From NCBI RefSeq assembly GCF_965208055.1, contig NZ_CBDBNY010000004.1:320045-384044 (forward strand): a stretch of DNA of 64,000 bases. The letters run 5' to 3'. The stretch is from Candidatus Palauibacter sp. (lineage in GTDB: Bacteria; Gemmatimonadota; Gemmatimonadetes; Palauibacterales; Palauibacteraceae). The position numbers and the translations under genes were made by a program. Every line of letters starts with the position of its first letter. Position 1 is the first letter of the stretch. Positions 9,506 to 18,130 of the stretch are shown in pieces. The notes under the pieces were generated by a model. The model worked only from the letters and a program-made list of their open reading frames with translations. It ran no database searches and had not been told where the DNA came from.

Positions 9506-11521
9506 ATGAGAACAGCACGCGCCACAGCCCCCGCGCCGCCGTCCGTGTTCCGCCGTTTCCCCCTCCTGCTCGTGCTCGGCTTCGCCGTTGCAGGCTGCGC
9601 GGAAGGCGGCGGCCGCGAGGCGGACAACGCCGACTGGAAACACATTGCCGGCAACGACATGGGGCAGCGCTACTCGTCCCTCGACCAGATCGACCCGGAG
9701 AACTTCGAGAACCTCGAGGTGGCCTGGGTCTGGGAGGGATCGGACTACCCGGCCGTGAACGCGCGCGCCACGCCGATCTACGTGGACGGGATGCTGATCT
9801 CGGTGGCGGGCGAGAAGCGGCACACCTATGCCATCGACGCGGGCACCGGGGAGAAGGTCTGGGAGTACGTCGAGCCCGAGACCTTCCGCTGGGAGTACTC
9901 GATGCGGAAGAACCACGGGAAGGGCGTCGCGTACGGCGAGATCGACGGTCGCGCGGTCGTCTACATGGCGAGTCCCGCCTTCTTCCTGCACGCGCTGTGG
10001 GCCGACACGGGCGAGCACGTGGAGGGCTTCGGCGGGCCCGTCGGCGTCCCGGGCTTCCCGGAGTCGGGGGTTGTCGACCTGCTCGCGGGACTCGGGCACG
10101 AGTTCGACCCGTACCACGGCATTCCGCTCGAGACCGGCTACATCACGAGTTCGTCCCCCCCGATCGTCGTCAACGGGGTCATCGTGATCGGGAACTCCGC
10201 CGAGCAGGGCTACAACCAGTCGCGGCGCGAAAACGTGCCGGGCGACATCCTCGGCTACGACGCCCGCACGGGCGACTTCATGTGGAAGTTCAACGTCCTC
10301 CCGGGACCGGGTGAGTTCGGCCACGAGACGTGGGAGAACGACGCGTGGGAATGGACGGGCGACATCTCGTCGTGGGCGCCGCTCTCGGCGGACGAGGAGC
10401 GGGGCATCGTCTACATCCCGACCAACGGGGCCACGATGGACTTCTGGGGCGGCTTCCGGCCGGGAGACAACCTGTTCTCGACGAGCCTGATCGCGCTCGA
10501 TGTGCAGACGGGAGAACGGGTTTGGCACTATCAGCTCGTGCACCACGACATCTGGAACTACGACACGCCGCAGATCCCCGTGCTGATGGACGTGACGGTG
10601 GATGGCGAGGACGTTCCGGCGGTCGTGCAGGTCACGAAGCAGGCCTTCGCGTACACCTTCAACCGGGAGACGGGCGAGCCGGTCTGGCCGATCGAGGAGC
10701 GGCCGGTGCCGGAGGGGCTCATGCCGGGCGAGGCGCTCTCGCCGACGCAGCCGTTCCCGACCAGGCCGGCGCCGTACGACATGCAGGGGCTGACGCACGA
10801 CGACCTGATCGATTTCACGCCGGAGCTGCGGGAAGCCGCGATCGAAGCGCTCGATGACTACGTGATCGGTCCGCTGTTCACGCCGCCGCTGCACCGCGAC
10901 AACGACCTCGGCAAGGTGGCGTCGATGTGGTGTCCGGGAGATGTCGGAGGGACGAACATCGACGGGACGCCGGCGGCGGATCCGGAGACGGGGATCCTGT
11001 ACGTGACGTCGCAGAAGGGGTGCGGGTCGCGGATCATGGTGCCGGGTGAGGAGCGCGACGCGCGGGAGCCGGCGCAGACGGGGACGACGATCACGAAGTT
11101 CGCGGTCGGGGGGTTCGCGGGGGTCCGCCGGGTGCAGGGTCTTCCGCTGTTCAAGCCGCCGTACAGCCGGATCACGGCGATCGACATGAACACGGGCGAG
11201 CACCTGTGGTGGATTCCGGTGGGCGACACGCCGAACAGCGTGCTCGAGCATGACGCGCTGCAGGGCATGGATATCCCGAACACGGGCACGGGACGGCAGG
11301 CGGCGCAGATCGTCACGAGCACCCTGCTCATGTACACGGGGGAGGGCGGCGACGGGACCTCCTACCTGTTCGCCGTGAACAAGGCGACGGGCGAGCGGCT
11401 GGGGCAGGTCGAGCTTCCGGCGCAGCCGCGGTACGGGATGATGACGTACATGCACGAAGGCAGGCAGCACGTCGTGATCCAGGCTCCCAACACGCTGATG
11501 GCGCTGCGTCTCGCCGACTGA
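9506..11521 (+). CDS. PQQ-dependent dehydrogenase family lipoprotein (8-bladed quinoprotein propeller)
   Basis: Lipobox LGFAVAGC. Repeated blade motifs ...TG(E/K).VW.Y, plus the quinoprotein ADH-family motif LVHHDIWNYD. There is no vicinal Cys-Cys pair, so it is not an MxaF/XoxF-type enzyme. Confidence 0.75.
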   Translation: MRTARATAPAPPSVFRRFPLLLVLGFAVAGCAEGGGREADNADWKHIAGNDMGQRYSSLDQIDPENFENLEVAWVWEGSDYPAVNARATPIYVDGMLISVAGEKRHTYAIDAGTGEKVWEYVEPETFRWEYSMRKNHGKGVAYGEIDGRAVVYMASPAFFLHALWADTGEHVEGFGGPVGVPGFPESGVVDLLAGLGHEFDPYHGIPLETGYITSSSPPIVVNGVIVIGNSAEQGYNQSRRENVPGDILGYDARTGDFMWKFNVLPGPGEFGHETWENDAWEWTGDISSWAPLSADEERGIVYIPTNGATMDFWGGFRPGDNLFSTSLIALDVQTGERVWHYQLVHHDIWNYDTPQIPVLMDVTVDGEDVPAVVQVTKQAFAYTFNRETGEPVWPIEERPVPEGLMPGEALSPTQPFPTRPAPYDMQGLTHDDLIDFTPELREAAIEALDDYVIGPLFTPPLHRDNDLGKVASMWCPGDVGGTNIDGTPAADPETGILYVTSQKGCGSRIMVPGEERDAREPAQTGTTITKFAVGGFAGVRRVQGLPLFKPPYSRITAIDMNTGEHLWWIPVGDTPNSVLEHDALQGMDIPNTGTGRQAAQIVTSTLLMYTGEGGDGTSYLFAVNKATGERLGQVELPAQPRYGMMTYMHEGRQHVVIQAPNTLMALRLAD

Positions 11522-11579
11522 TCGCGGGCCTCCGGCGGCCCGGGTTGGCGCCGATGGCGGCGCCTCGCGACATTTTGGC

Positions 11580-13349
11580 ATGAGTTATCGCTTCTTCGCG
11601 GGAATCCGGCCGTCCGGGGTCTGGCTCGCCGCCGCCCTGCTCGTCGTGCCGGCCTCCTGGCTGTGGACCGCAGCGCCCGCCGCGGCCCAGACGATCAGCG
11701 GCACCGTGCGGGAGACCGGCGGCGGCCGACCCATCGCGGGCGGCTTCATCAGCCTGCTGAACAGCGAGGGCGAGGCCATCGAGGCCGATTTTACGGCGGC
11801 CGACGGGATCTTCTCCCTCAGGGCGCCCGGCCCGGGCCGGTACCGGATTCGGGTGGAGCGAATCGGATACGCCAACTGGGTCACGGAGCCCTACGACGTG
11901 ACGGCCGGGCAGTCGCTCACGATTACGGTGGAAGTCCCGCCGGAACCCGTCCGGCTCGGCGACCTGCGCGTCGAAGTCAGCGGATCCTGCCTGGACGATC
12001 CGAGCGAAGGGGCCGCCCTCGCCACGGTTTGGGAGGAGGCGCGCAAGGCGCTCGAAACCGCGGTGTGGGCCGAGGGCCGGGGTGAGCTCACGTTTACCCT
12101 CCGGGAGTACCAACGCACGCTCGATCCGCGCCATCTCACGACGCTGGAGGTGGAGAGCCGCACGCGGCGGCACGTTCGACTGCCCCCGTTCCGGAGCCTG
12201 CCGGCCCGCCAGCTCACGACGTCGGGCTACGCGCTCGTGGAGGCGGACTCGGCCATCTTCTACGCGCCGGACGCGACGGTGCTGCTGTCGCCGGAGTTCC
12301 GGGACACCCAGTGTTTCGGCTTGGAGCGCGCCGAAGTCGACGACGAAGCGATGCTCGGGATCACGTTCCGCCCGCGGCGAGGGCGCGACGTGATCGACAT
12401 CGAGGGCACGCTCTGGCTCGCCGAGGAGAGCGCGGAACTGCGCCGCGTGCAGATCCGGTACCGCAACGTCCCGATGCCGCGAAACGCGCAGCGTCGGCAC
12501 ATCGGCGCGGATCTCACGTTCGACCGCCTGCCGGACGGCCCCTTCTATGTCCGCGACTGGTGGGTGCGGTTCCCGATCGGGAGCCGGAGCTCGCGCTTCA
12601 GGGCAGGTCTGTCCGGCCGTCTGGATCCGGTACTCGTGGCGTACCGCCAGGCGGGCGGCACGGTGACGGACGCCTTCGCGGGCGGCGTCTCGTTCGAGGT
12701 GGGCGAGGGTGCGGTCACGGGCGTGCTTCGAGACAGCGTGAGCGGCGAGCCGCTCGCGGGCGCGGAGATCGTCGTCCGGGACTGGGACGACGCGGCGGCC
12801 TTCCTGCCCCGGCCGCAAGCCGCGGACGTCCCGTTCAGCGCGGTCACGGATGAAGCCGGAGGCTTCGAGGTGGCGGGACTGCCGGATGGCGTCTACGCGT
12901 TGGGCGTGGATCACCCGAAGCTTCAGGCCGCGGGAGTGCGGCTCAACGAGACCCGCGTGGTCATCGAGGATCGAACCAGCGACCCGCTGGAACTGTGGAC
13001 GCCGTCCGCCGACGCTCTCTTCGCGCGCGTCTGTCCCCGGTCGTCACCTTATGGGAGTACGGGCGCCGTGGTCGGGTTCGCGCGCGATGCCGACACGGGG
13101 CTACCGCTGCCGAATATCGACGTCGAGGCCGTGTGGCGGGTGCAGCGGCTTCAGGGCACGCCGCGAAACGCCGTCACGTCCGAACAGTCGGAGTACGCCG
13201 GGGGCGCGTCCGACGAGCGCGGCCGGTTCACGATCTGCGGCGTCCCGCTCGGCGAGCCGGTCCTGCTGCGGCCTCGGGGCGTCGACGAGGCCGTGGAACT
13301 CGAACTCGTCACGCGCATCGCGTGGCGCGACGTGTTCGTCCAGCCGTAA
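11580..13349 (+). CDS. Secreted protein with multiple carboxypeptidase-regulatory-like (CarbopepD_reg) domains
   Basis: Signal peptide. Three stretches of the form ISGTVRE/GVLRDSVSGEPLAGAEIVV/GAVVGFARDADTGLPLPNIDV, typical of CarbopepD_reg beta-sandwiches. Confidence 0.55.
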   Translation: MSYRFFAGIRPSGVWLAAALLVVPASWLWTAAPAAAQTISGTVRETGGGRPIAGGFISLLNSEGEAIEADFTAADGIFSLRAPGPGRYRIRVERIGYANWVTEPYDVTAGQSLTITVEVPPEPVRLGDLRVEVSGSCLDDPSEGAALATVWEEARKALETAVWAEGRGELTFTLREYQRTLDPRHLTTLEVESRTRRHVRLPPFRSLPARQLTTSGYALVEADSAIFYAPDATVLLSPEFRDTQCFGLERAEVDDEAMLGITFRPRRGRDVIDIEGTLWLAEESAELRRVQIRYRNVPMPRNAQRRHIGADLTFDRLPDGPFYVRDWWVRFPIGSRSSRFRAGLSGRLDPVLVAYRQAGGTVTDAFAGGVSFEVGEGAVTGVLRDSVSGEPLAGAEIVVRDWDDAAAFLPRPQAADVPFSAVTDEAGGFEVAGLPDGVYALGVDHPKLQAAGVRLNETRVVIEDRTSDPLELWTPSADALFARVCPRSSPYGSTGAVVGFARDADTGLPLPNIDVEAVWRVQRLQGTPRNAVTSEQSEYAGGASDERGRFTICGVPLGEPVLLRPRGVDEAVELELVTRIAWRDVFVQP

Positions 13350-13386
13350 CGATCCGCCGCTCCCCGGCCTCCCGCGTCGCCGAGCC

Positions 13387-14727
13387 TCAGTCCGTGGATG
13401 GGCGCCGCGACTTCAGGTAGTCGAGCAGCAGGTTCGACATCGCGCGCATCCCGATCGAAATCGAGGCGTCGTCCGCGCGGAAGTCCGGCGTGTGGTGGCC
13501 CCCGGAGCCCAGCTCGGGATTCACGGAACCCAGCCGGTAGAAGAAGCCGGGCACCTCGTTCGCGAAGTAGGCGAAATCCTCGCCGCCCATCGTGGGTTCG
13601 ATGACGAGGAGGTTTTCGTCGCCCACGATCTTCGCCAGCGTCGGGGCCATCTGTGCGGTCAGCGCGCGGTCGTTGATCGTCGCCGGCGTGCCCCGGTCGT
13701 AGTCGAGGACGTAGCTGCCGCCGCCGGCCCGCGTGATCCCGTCGAGAATCTCGTCCATGCGCCGTTCGACGGCGTCCCGCACGTCGGGGTTGTAGGTCCG
13801 GACCGTGCCCTCGAGCCACATTTCCTGAGGGATGATGTTGAAGCGCTCGCCGCCCCGCATGACGCCGACCGTGATCACGCTGGGCTCGAGCGGAGAGAGG
13901 TTGCGCGACCGGATGGTCTGGAAGGCGGTCACGGCCTGCGAGGCCATCACGACGGGATCGATGCTCGTGTGAGGCTGGGCTCCGTGCGCCTGCCTGCCGA
14001 CGATCCGGATCTTGAAGTGATCGACCGCCGCCAGCGCGGGGCCGGGCGTATAGCCGAGCGTCCCGACGTCCATCGAAGAGAAGGTGTGGAGTCCGAAAAT
14101 GGCGGAGGGGACGACGCCTTCCAGCGCGCCTTCCCGGACCATGAGTTCGGCGCCGCCTTCCTCGCCCGGGGGTGGTCCTTCTTCGGCTGGCTGGAAGATG
14201 AACTTGATCGTGCCGGGGATCCGGTCGCGCATCGAGGCGAGGACCGAGGCCACGCCGAGCTGCACGGCGGTATGCACGTCGTGGCCGCACGCGTGCATCA
14301 CGCCGACTTCCTGGCCGCCGTACTCGGTGCGGACCGTGGAGGCGAAGGAATACCCGGTGTTCTCGGTGACGGGGAGCGCGTCCATGTCCGCCCGAACCGC
14401 GACCACGTCGCCGGGCAGGCCGCCTTTCAGGATCCCGATGACTCCGGTGTGCGCGACCCCCTCGATGACTTCGTCGAAGCCCAGTTCACGCAGATGGGCC
14501 GCGACCATGGCCGCGGTCTCGAACTCGCGGTTGCCGAGTTCGGGGAACTGGTGGATCCGGTGGCGCATCTCGACGATCCGGTCGAGCACGCCGTCGATCG
14601 CCGCGTCCACGGCGGGATCCTGCCCCGCCAGCGGAGTCACGAGCGTTCCGGCAAGCGTTCCGGCGAGGAGCGCGAGGGAAAACGGAGTTCGGGGAGTACC
14701 CATGCTTCTTCCTGGTCGCGGATTCAC
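13387..14727 (-). CDS. M20D family amidohydrolase (N-acyl-L-amino acid amidohydrolase / hippurate hydrolase-like)
   Basis: Motifs HACGHDVH, FQPAEEG, GGEDF. Signal peptide present. Confidence 0.85.
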   Translation of the reverse strand: MNPRPGRSMGTPRTPFSLALLAGTLAGTLVTPLAGQDPAVDAAIDGVLDRIVEMRHRIHQFPELGNREFETAAMVAAHLRELGFDEVIEGVAHTGVIGILKGGLPGDVVAVRADMDALPVTENTGYSFASTVRTEYGGQEVGVMHACGHDVHTAVQLGVASVLASMRDRIPGTIKFIFQPAEEGPPPGEEGGAELMVREGALEGVVPSAIFGLHTFSSMDVGTLGYTPGPALAAVDHFKIRIVGRQAHGAQPHTSIDPVVMASQAVTAFQTIRSRNLSPLEPSVITVGVMRGGERFNIIPQEMWLEGTVRTYNPDVRDAVERRMDEILDGITRAGGGSYVLDYDRGTPATINDRALTAQMAPTLAKIVGDENLLVIEPTMGGEDFAYFANEVPGFFYRLGSVNPELGSGGHHTPDFRADDASISIGMRAMSNLLLDYLKSRRPSTD

Positions 14728-14960
14728 ACGAAAGACCGTTGCGGCGACGGTCTCGACTGGCGCACGGAAGGTGGGCCGGCGGGGCCCGCGCGGGCAACGG
14801 TGAGAGACCGGCGGCGACGGCCGGTGACCGTGGCTGGCGGCGGCGGGAGGTGGAGGCGAGACTTCGACCTGTTGCGTCCTTTCGCCGTCTCGTTCGTCTC
14901 ACGGGATGAGAAGACGAAGTAGAGGACGACAACGAGCCACGAAACCGGGAGAAGCGAACC

Positions 14961-15419
14961 ATGCGACTGCAACTCGCCCTCAACGTCAGAGATATCGACG
15001 AGGCGGTGGACTACTACGCGAAGTTCTTCGGCGCGACCCCGCACAAGCGCCGTCCCGGCTACGCCAACTTCGCGATCGACGAGCCGCCCCTGAAACTCGT
15101 CCTGTTCGAGAACCCGGACGCGTCGGAGCGCATCAACCACCTGGGTGTGGAGGTGTTCGACGATGCATCGGTGCGGAGCGCCGGGGCGAGGCTGGAGGCG
15201 GCGGACATCCTGACGGCGGTGGAGGAAGAGGCGGTGTGCTGTCACGCGGCCCAGACGAAGGTGTGGTCTCACGAGCCGCAGGGTCTCCGGTGGGAATGGT
15301 ACGTGGTCACGGACGACGCACCGGACGAGGAGGCGCTGGCCGCATCGTGCCCGCCCGACGCCGGGTGCGAAACCGATGCCGCCACCGATGCCGCCACCGA
15401 GACCTGCTGTGCCGGTTGA
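14961..15419 (+). CDS. VOC (glyoxalase/bleomycin-resistance) family protein of the ArsI/CadI type with a Cys-rich C-terminal tail
   Basis: MRLQLALNVRDIDEAVDYY...LGVEV, then a vicinal cysteine pair in EEEAVCCHAAQTKVW as in ArsI/CadI. Tail is SCPPDAGCETDAATDAATETCC. Confidence 0.65.
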   Translation: MRLQLALNVRDIDEAVDYYAKFFGATPHKRRPGYANFAIDEPPLKLVLFENPDASERINHLGVEVFDDASVRSAGARLEAADILTAVEEEAVCCHAAQTKVWSHEPQGLRWEWYVVTDDAPDEEALAASCPPDAGCETDAATDAATETCCAG

Positions 15420-16017
15420 GTCAGGCGCCGCACACGCCGTGCCCGCGTGGTCCGACTTCCAGAGTCGCCTGGGGCGCTACGTTGCCGGGCGCGTGGACCC
15501 TGCCTGGGCGGATGATGTCACGGGCGACATCCTCGTTCGCCTGCTCGAGCGCCAGGGCGACCTCGCGCGAGCGCGGGATCCGCTCGCCTGGGCCTATCGC
15601 GTCGCCACGAACGTCATCACCGATCACTACCGGCGCCGGGCCGTCGAATCGCGAACACTGACCCGGGTGGGACAGGAGGCCGGCGGACGTGAGCGGACCC
15701 CGGACTCGGAGGATCACGAAGCCGTGCGGAGGGACCTGGAAGCGTGTCTGCTTCCATTCGCCCGCGAACTACCTCCGAAGTACTCGGAGGCGTTGATGCT
15801 CACCACCTTTGGCGGACTCACGCAGGTGGAAGCCGCGCGCCGACTCGGACTCGGCACGTCGGGGATGAAGTCGCGGGTGCAGCGGGCGCGGGCGCTGCTG
15901 AAGCGGCGGCTCCTGGAGTGCTGCGACTTCGAGATGGACCGTCGCGGGGGCGTGATCGACATGCGGCCACGGCGGGCGCGCTCCACCGACGCCCCGCAAC
16001 CGGCGGCGCGTGCGTGA
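15376..16017 (+). CDS. ECF-type RNA polymerase sigma-70 factor (SigZ-like, C-terminal CC extension)
   Basis: Sigma region 2 (DDVTGDILVRLLERQGDL...AWAYRVATNVITDHYRRR) and region 4 (LMLTTFGGLTQVEAARRLGLGTSGMKSRVQRARALLKRRL). Start is uncertain (ATG 15376, ATG 15385 or GTG 15406). Overlaps the end of the VOC gene. Confidence 0.8.
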   Translation: MPPPMPPPRPAVPVESGAAHAVPAWSDFQSRLGRYVAGRVDPAWADDVTGDILVRLLERQGDLARARDPLAWAYRVATNVITDHYRRRAVESRTLTRVGQEAGGRERTPDSEDHEAVRRDLEACLLPFARELPPKYSEALMLTTFGGLTQVEAARRLGLGTSGMKSRVQRARALLKRRLLECCDFEMDRRGGVIDMRPRRARSTDAPQPAARA

Positions 16018-17282
16018 GAGTCGCGGTGGTCGGTGGCGGTATCATCGGGCTGTGTGCCGCCCACTATCTTGAACGTCGCGGAGCCGAGGTCGTCCTCCTC
16101 GAGCGAGGCGAGGTCGGCGGCGGGTGCTCGAAGGGAAACGGCGGTTGGGTCTGTCCGTCGATCTCCCGCCCGCTGCCGGCGCCGGGGCTGACGCTCACCT
16201 CGCTGCGCTGGATGCTCCGCTCCGACAGCCCGCTCTACATCAAGCCGTCGGCCATGCCCGGGCTCATGGGCTGGCTGTGGGCCTTTCGTCGTCACTGTAA
16301 TGCCGGGAGCTACGGGGCGGGGGTTGCCGCGCTCGCGGCCCTGAACGCGGCGACGGACCGGTTGTACCGCGGACTCGCGGATGACGGCGTGGAGTTCGAA
16401 CACGCCGAGAGCGGGACCATTCTCGCCTACGACGACGAGGGCGAACGCGGGCAGGCCGCGGAATTGCTCGCCCGGCTGGGCGAGGAGCGGGTCGGGCCGG
16501 TCGACATGCTCGACCGCGAGGCTCTCAGGGAGGCGGAGCCGGACCTGGGCGGGAATTTGATCGGCTTGCGGATGCGCGGGGACACGCACGTGCGCCCCGA
16601 GTCGCTCTGTGCCGGGCTTGCCGCGAGCCTGGAGGCCCGCGGCGCCGAGATCAGGACGGGAGTGCGTGTCGTCGGCTTCACGCGGGTCGGCCGTCGGGTC
16701 CGGGCCATGGTCGCCCGGAACCCCGGAACCGGGGGGGCGGACGTCGGGAGGGCGGAGGAGATCGGCGCGGATGTCGTCGTGCTCGCCGCGGGGGCCGAGA
16801 CGGCCGCCCTGGTGGCGACCCTGGGTCGGAGGCTTCCCGTGCAGGCGGGGAAGGGCTACAGCATCACCGTCAGGAACGCGCGGGTCCAGCTCTCACAGCC
16901 TTTGCACGTGACGCCGGCCAGGATCGGCTTCACGCCATTTCGAGGGGCCGTGCGCACGATCGGGACCATGGAGTTCTCCGGCATCAACCTGCGCCTCGAC
17001 CCGCGCCGCGTCGCCATCCTGGAGCGGGCCGCGCGCCGCTACCTGCCCGGCGCGCTCGATGGGTCCGAGCGCGTCGATTGGGTGGGCATGCGGCCGGTGA
17101 CGCCGGACGGCCTCCCCGCCATCGGCTGGTTGCCCGGTCTCCCCAACGTGTGCGTGGCCACGGGCCACCAGATGCTCGGCGTCACGCTGGCCCCGTCGAC
17201 CGGCCACGCGCTCGCCCAACTCGTCCTCGATGGACGCTCGGAACTCGATCTCGCGCCCTTCGATCCCGCGCGCTTCACGTGA
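16014..17282 (+). CDS. FAD-dependent oxidoreductase (DadA-like D-amino-acid dehydrogenase/oxidase family)
   Basis: N-terminal dinucleotide-binding site VAVVGGGIIGLCAAHYLERRGAEVVLLE. C-terminal GMRPVTPDGLPAIG. GTG start overlaps the sigma factor stop codon. Confidence 0.8.
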   Translation: MRVAVVGGGIIGLCAAHYLERRGAEVVLLERGEVGGGCSKGNGGWVCPSISRPLPAPGLTLTSLRWMLRSDSPLYIKPSAMPGLMGWLWAFRRHCNAGSYGAGVAALAALNAATDRLYRGLADDGVEFEHAESGTILAYDDEGERGQAAELLARLGEERVGPVDMLDREALREAEPDLGGNLIGLRMRGDTHVRPESLCAGLAASLEARGAEIRTGVRVVGFTRVGRRVRAMVARNPGTGGADVGRAEEIGADVVVLAAGAETAALVATLGRRLPVQAGKGYSITVRNARVQLSQPLHVTPARIGFTPFRGAVRTIGTMEFSGINLRLDPRRVAILERAARRYLPGALDGSERVDWVGMRPVTPDGLPAIGWLPGLPNVCVATGHQMLGVTLAPSTGHALAQLVLDGRSELDLAPFDPARFT

Positions 17283-17396
17283 TGTCGCCGGCCTCGAACC
17301 TCGCGTGACCGTGCCGATCCGCGATCCGGGTTGACCGTTCGGGTCGCGCCACGGACACTGTGGGCACCCGAATTCCCCGTACCGAAGGCCAGCCGA

Positions 17397-18074
17397 GTGA
17401 GCAAATTCGACGATCTGCGCACCCACCTGCGGGCGATCCGCACGCTCACCAGGGGAGTGACGCAGGGTCTGCCGGTCCTTGAGGCGGCGGAGGACCCCTA
17501 CGATCTCTTCAACGACTGGTTCCGGGATGCCGAGGCGTCAGGGCTGCTGCTGCCGGAGTCGATGGCGCTCGCCACGGCGACCGGCGACGGGCGGCCCTCG
17601 GTGCGGATGGTCCTCCTGAAGGGATTCGGGCCCGGCGGCTTCCGTTTCTACACCAACTACGGCAGTCGCAAGGCCACGGAACTGGACGACAATCCGCAGG
17701 CTTCGCTCTGTTTCCACTGGTCGGTGCTGGAGCGGCAGGTGCGCATTGAAGGGCGTGTCGAGCGCCTCTCCGCGGAGGACTCGGCGGCGTACTTCGCGAC
17801 GCGCGACCGGGGGAGCCGGATCGGTGCATGGGCTTCCGCGCAGAGCCGTCCGATCGCCGACCGCGCCGGGCTCGAAGCGCAGGTGGCGGAGGCGGAGGCC
17901 CGGTTCGAGGGGAGAGACGTGCCCCTGCCCGACTTCTGGGGCGGATACGTCCTCGTTCCCGACCGGATCGAGTTTTGGCAGGGCCGGGCGAACCGGCTGC
18001 ACGACCGTCTCGAATACACGCCGCGCCACACACCCCACGACGGAAGCTGGAAGATCACCCGCCTCCAACCGTAG
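17397..18074 (+). CDS. pdxH: Pyridoxamine 5'-phosphate oxidase
   Basis: PNPOx signature RMVLLKGFGPGGFRFYTNYGSRKATEL and C-terminal IEFWQGRANRLHDR. Start is approximate. Confidence 0.85.
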   Translation: MSKFDDLRTHLRAIRTLTRGVTQGLPVLEAAEDPYDLFNDWFRDAEASGLLLPESMALATATGDGRPSVRMVLLKGFGPGGFRFYTNYGSRKATELDDNPQASLCFHWSVLERQVRIEGRVERLSAEDSAAYFATRDRGSRIGAWASAQSRPIADRAGLEAQVAEAEARFEGRDVPLPDFWGGYVLVPDRIEFWQGRANRLHDRLEYTPRHTPHDGSWKITRLQP

Positions 18075-18130
18075 TGAGCGCCTCCAGCCGCGGGTCAGCG
18101 GCCTGGCGCGGGCATCGGTCCGCGGGCCGC

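Noticed and set aside
9485-14922. Long ORFs 9485-11581(-), 11328-12914(-), 12850-14922(+) and 13151-14290(-) overlapping the PQQ, CarbopepD and M20D genes
   Set aside because: Their products are Arg/Pro/Gly-rich and lack motifs, and each is antisense or out of frame relative to a gene with clear family signatures.
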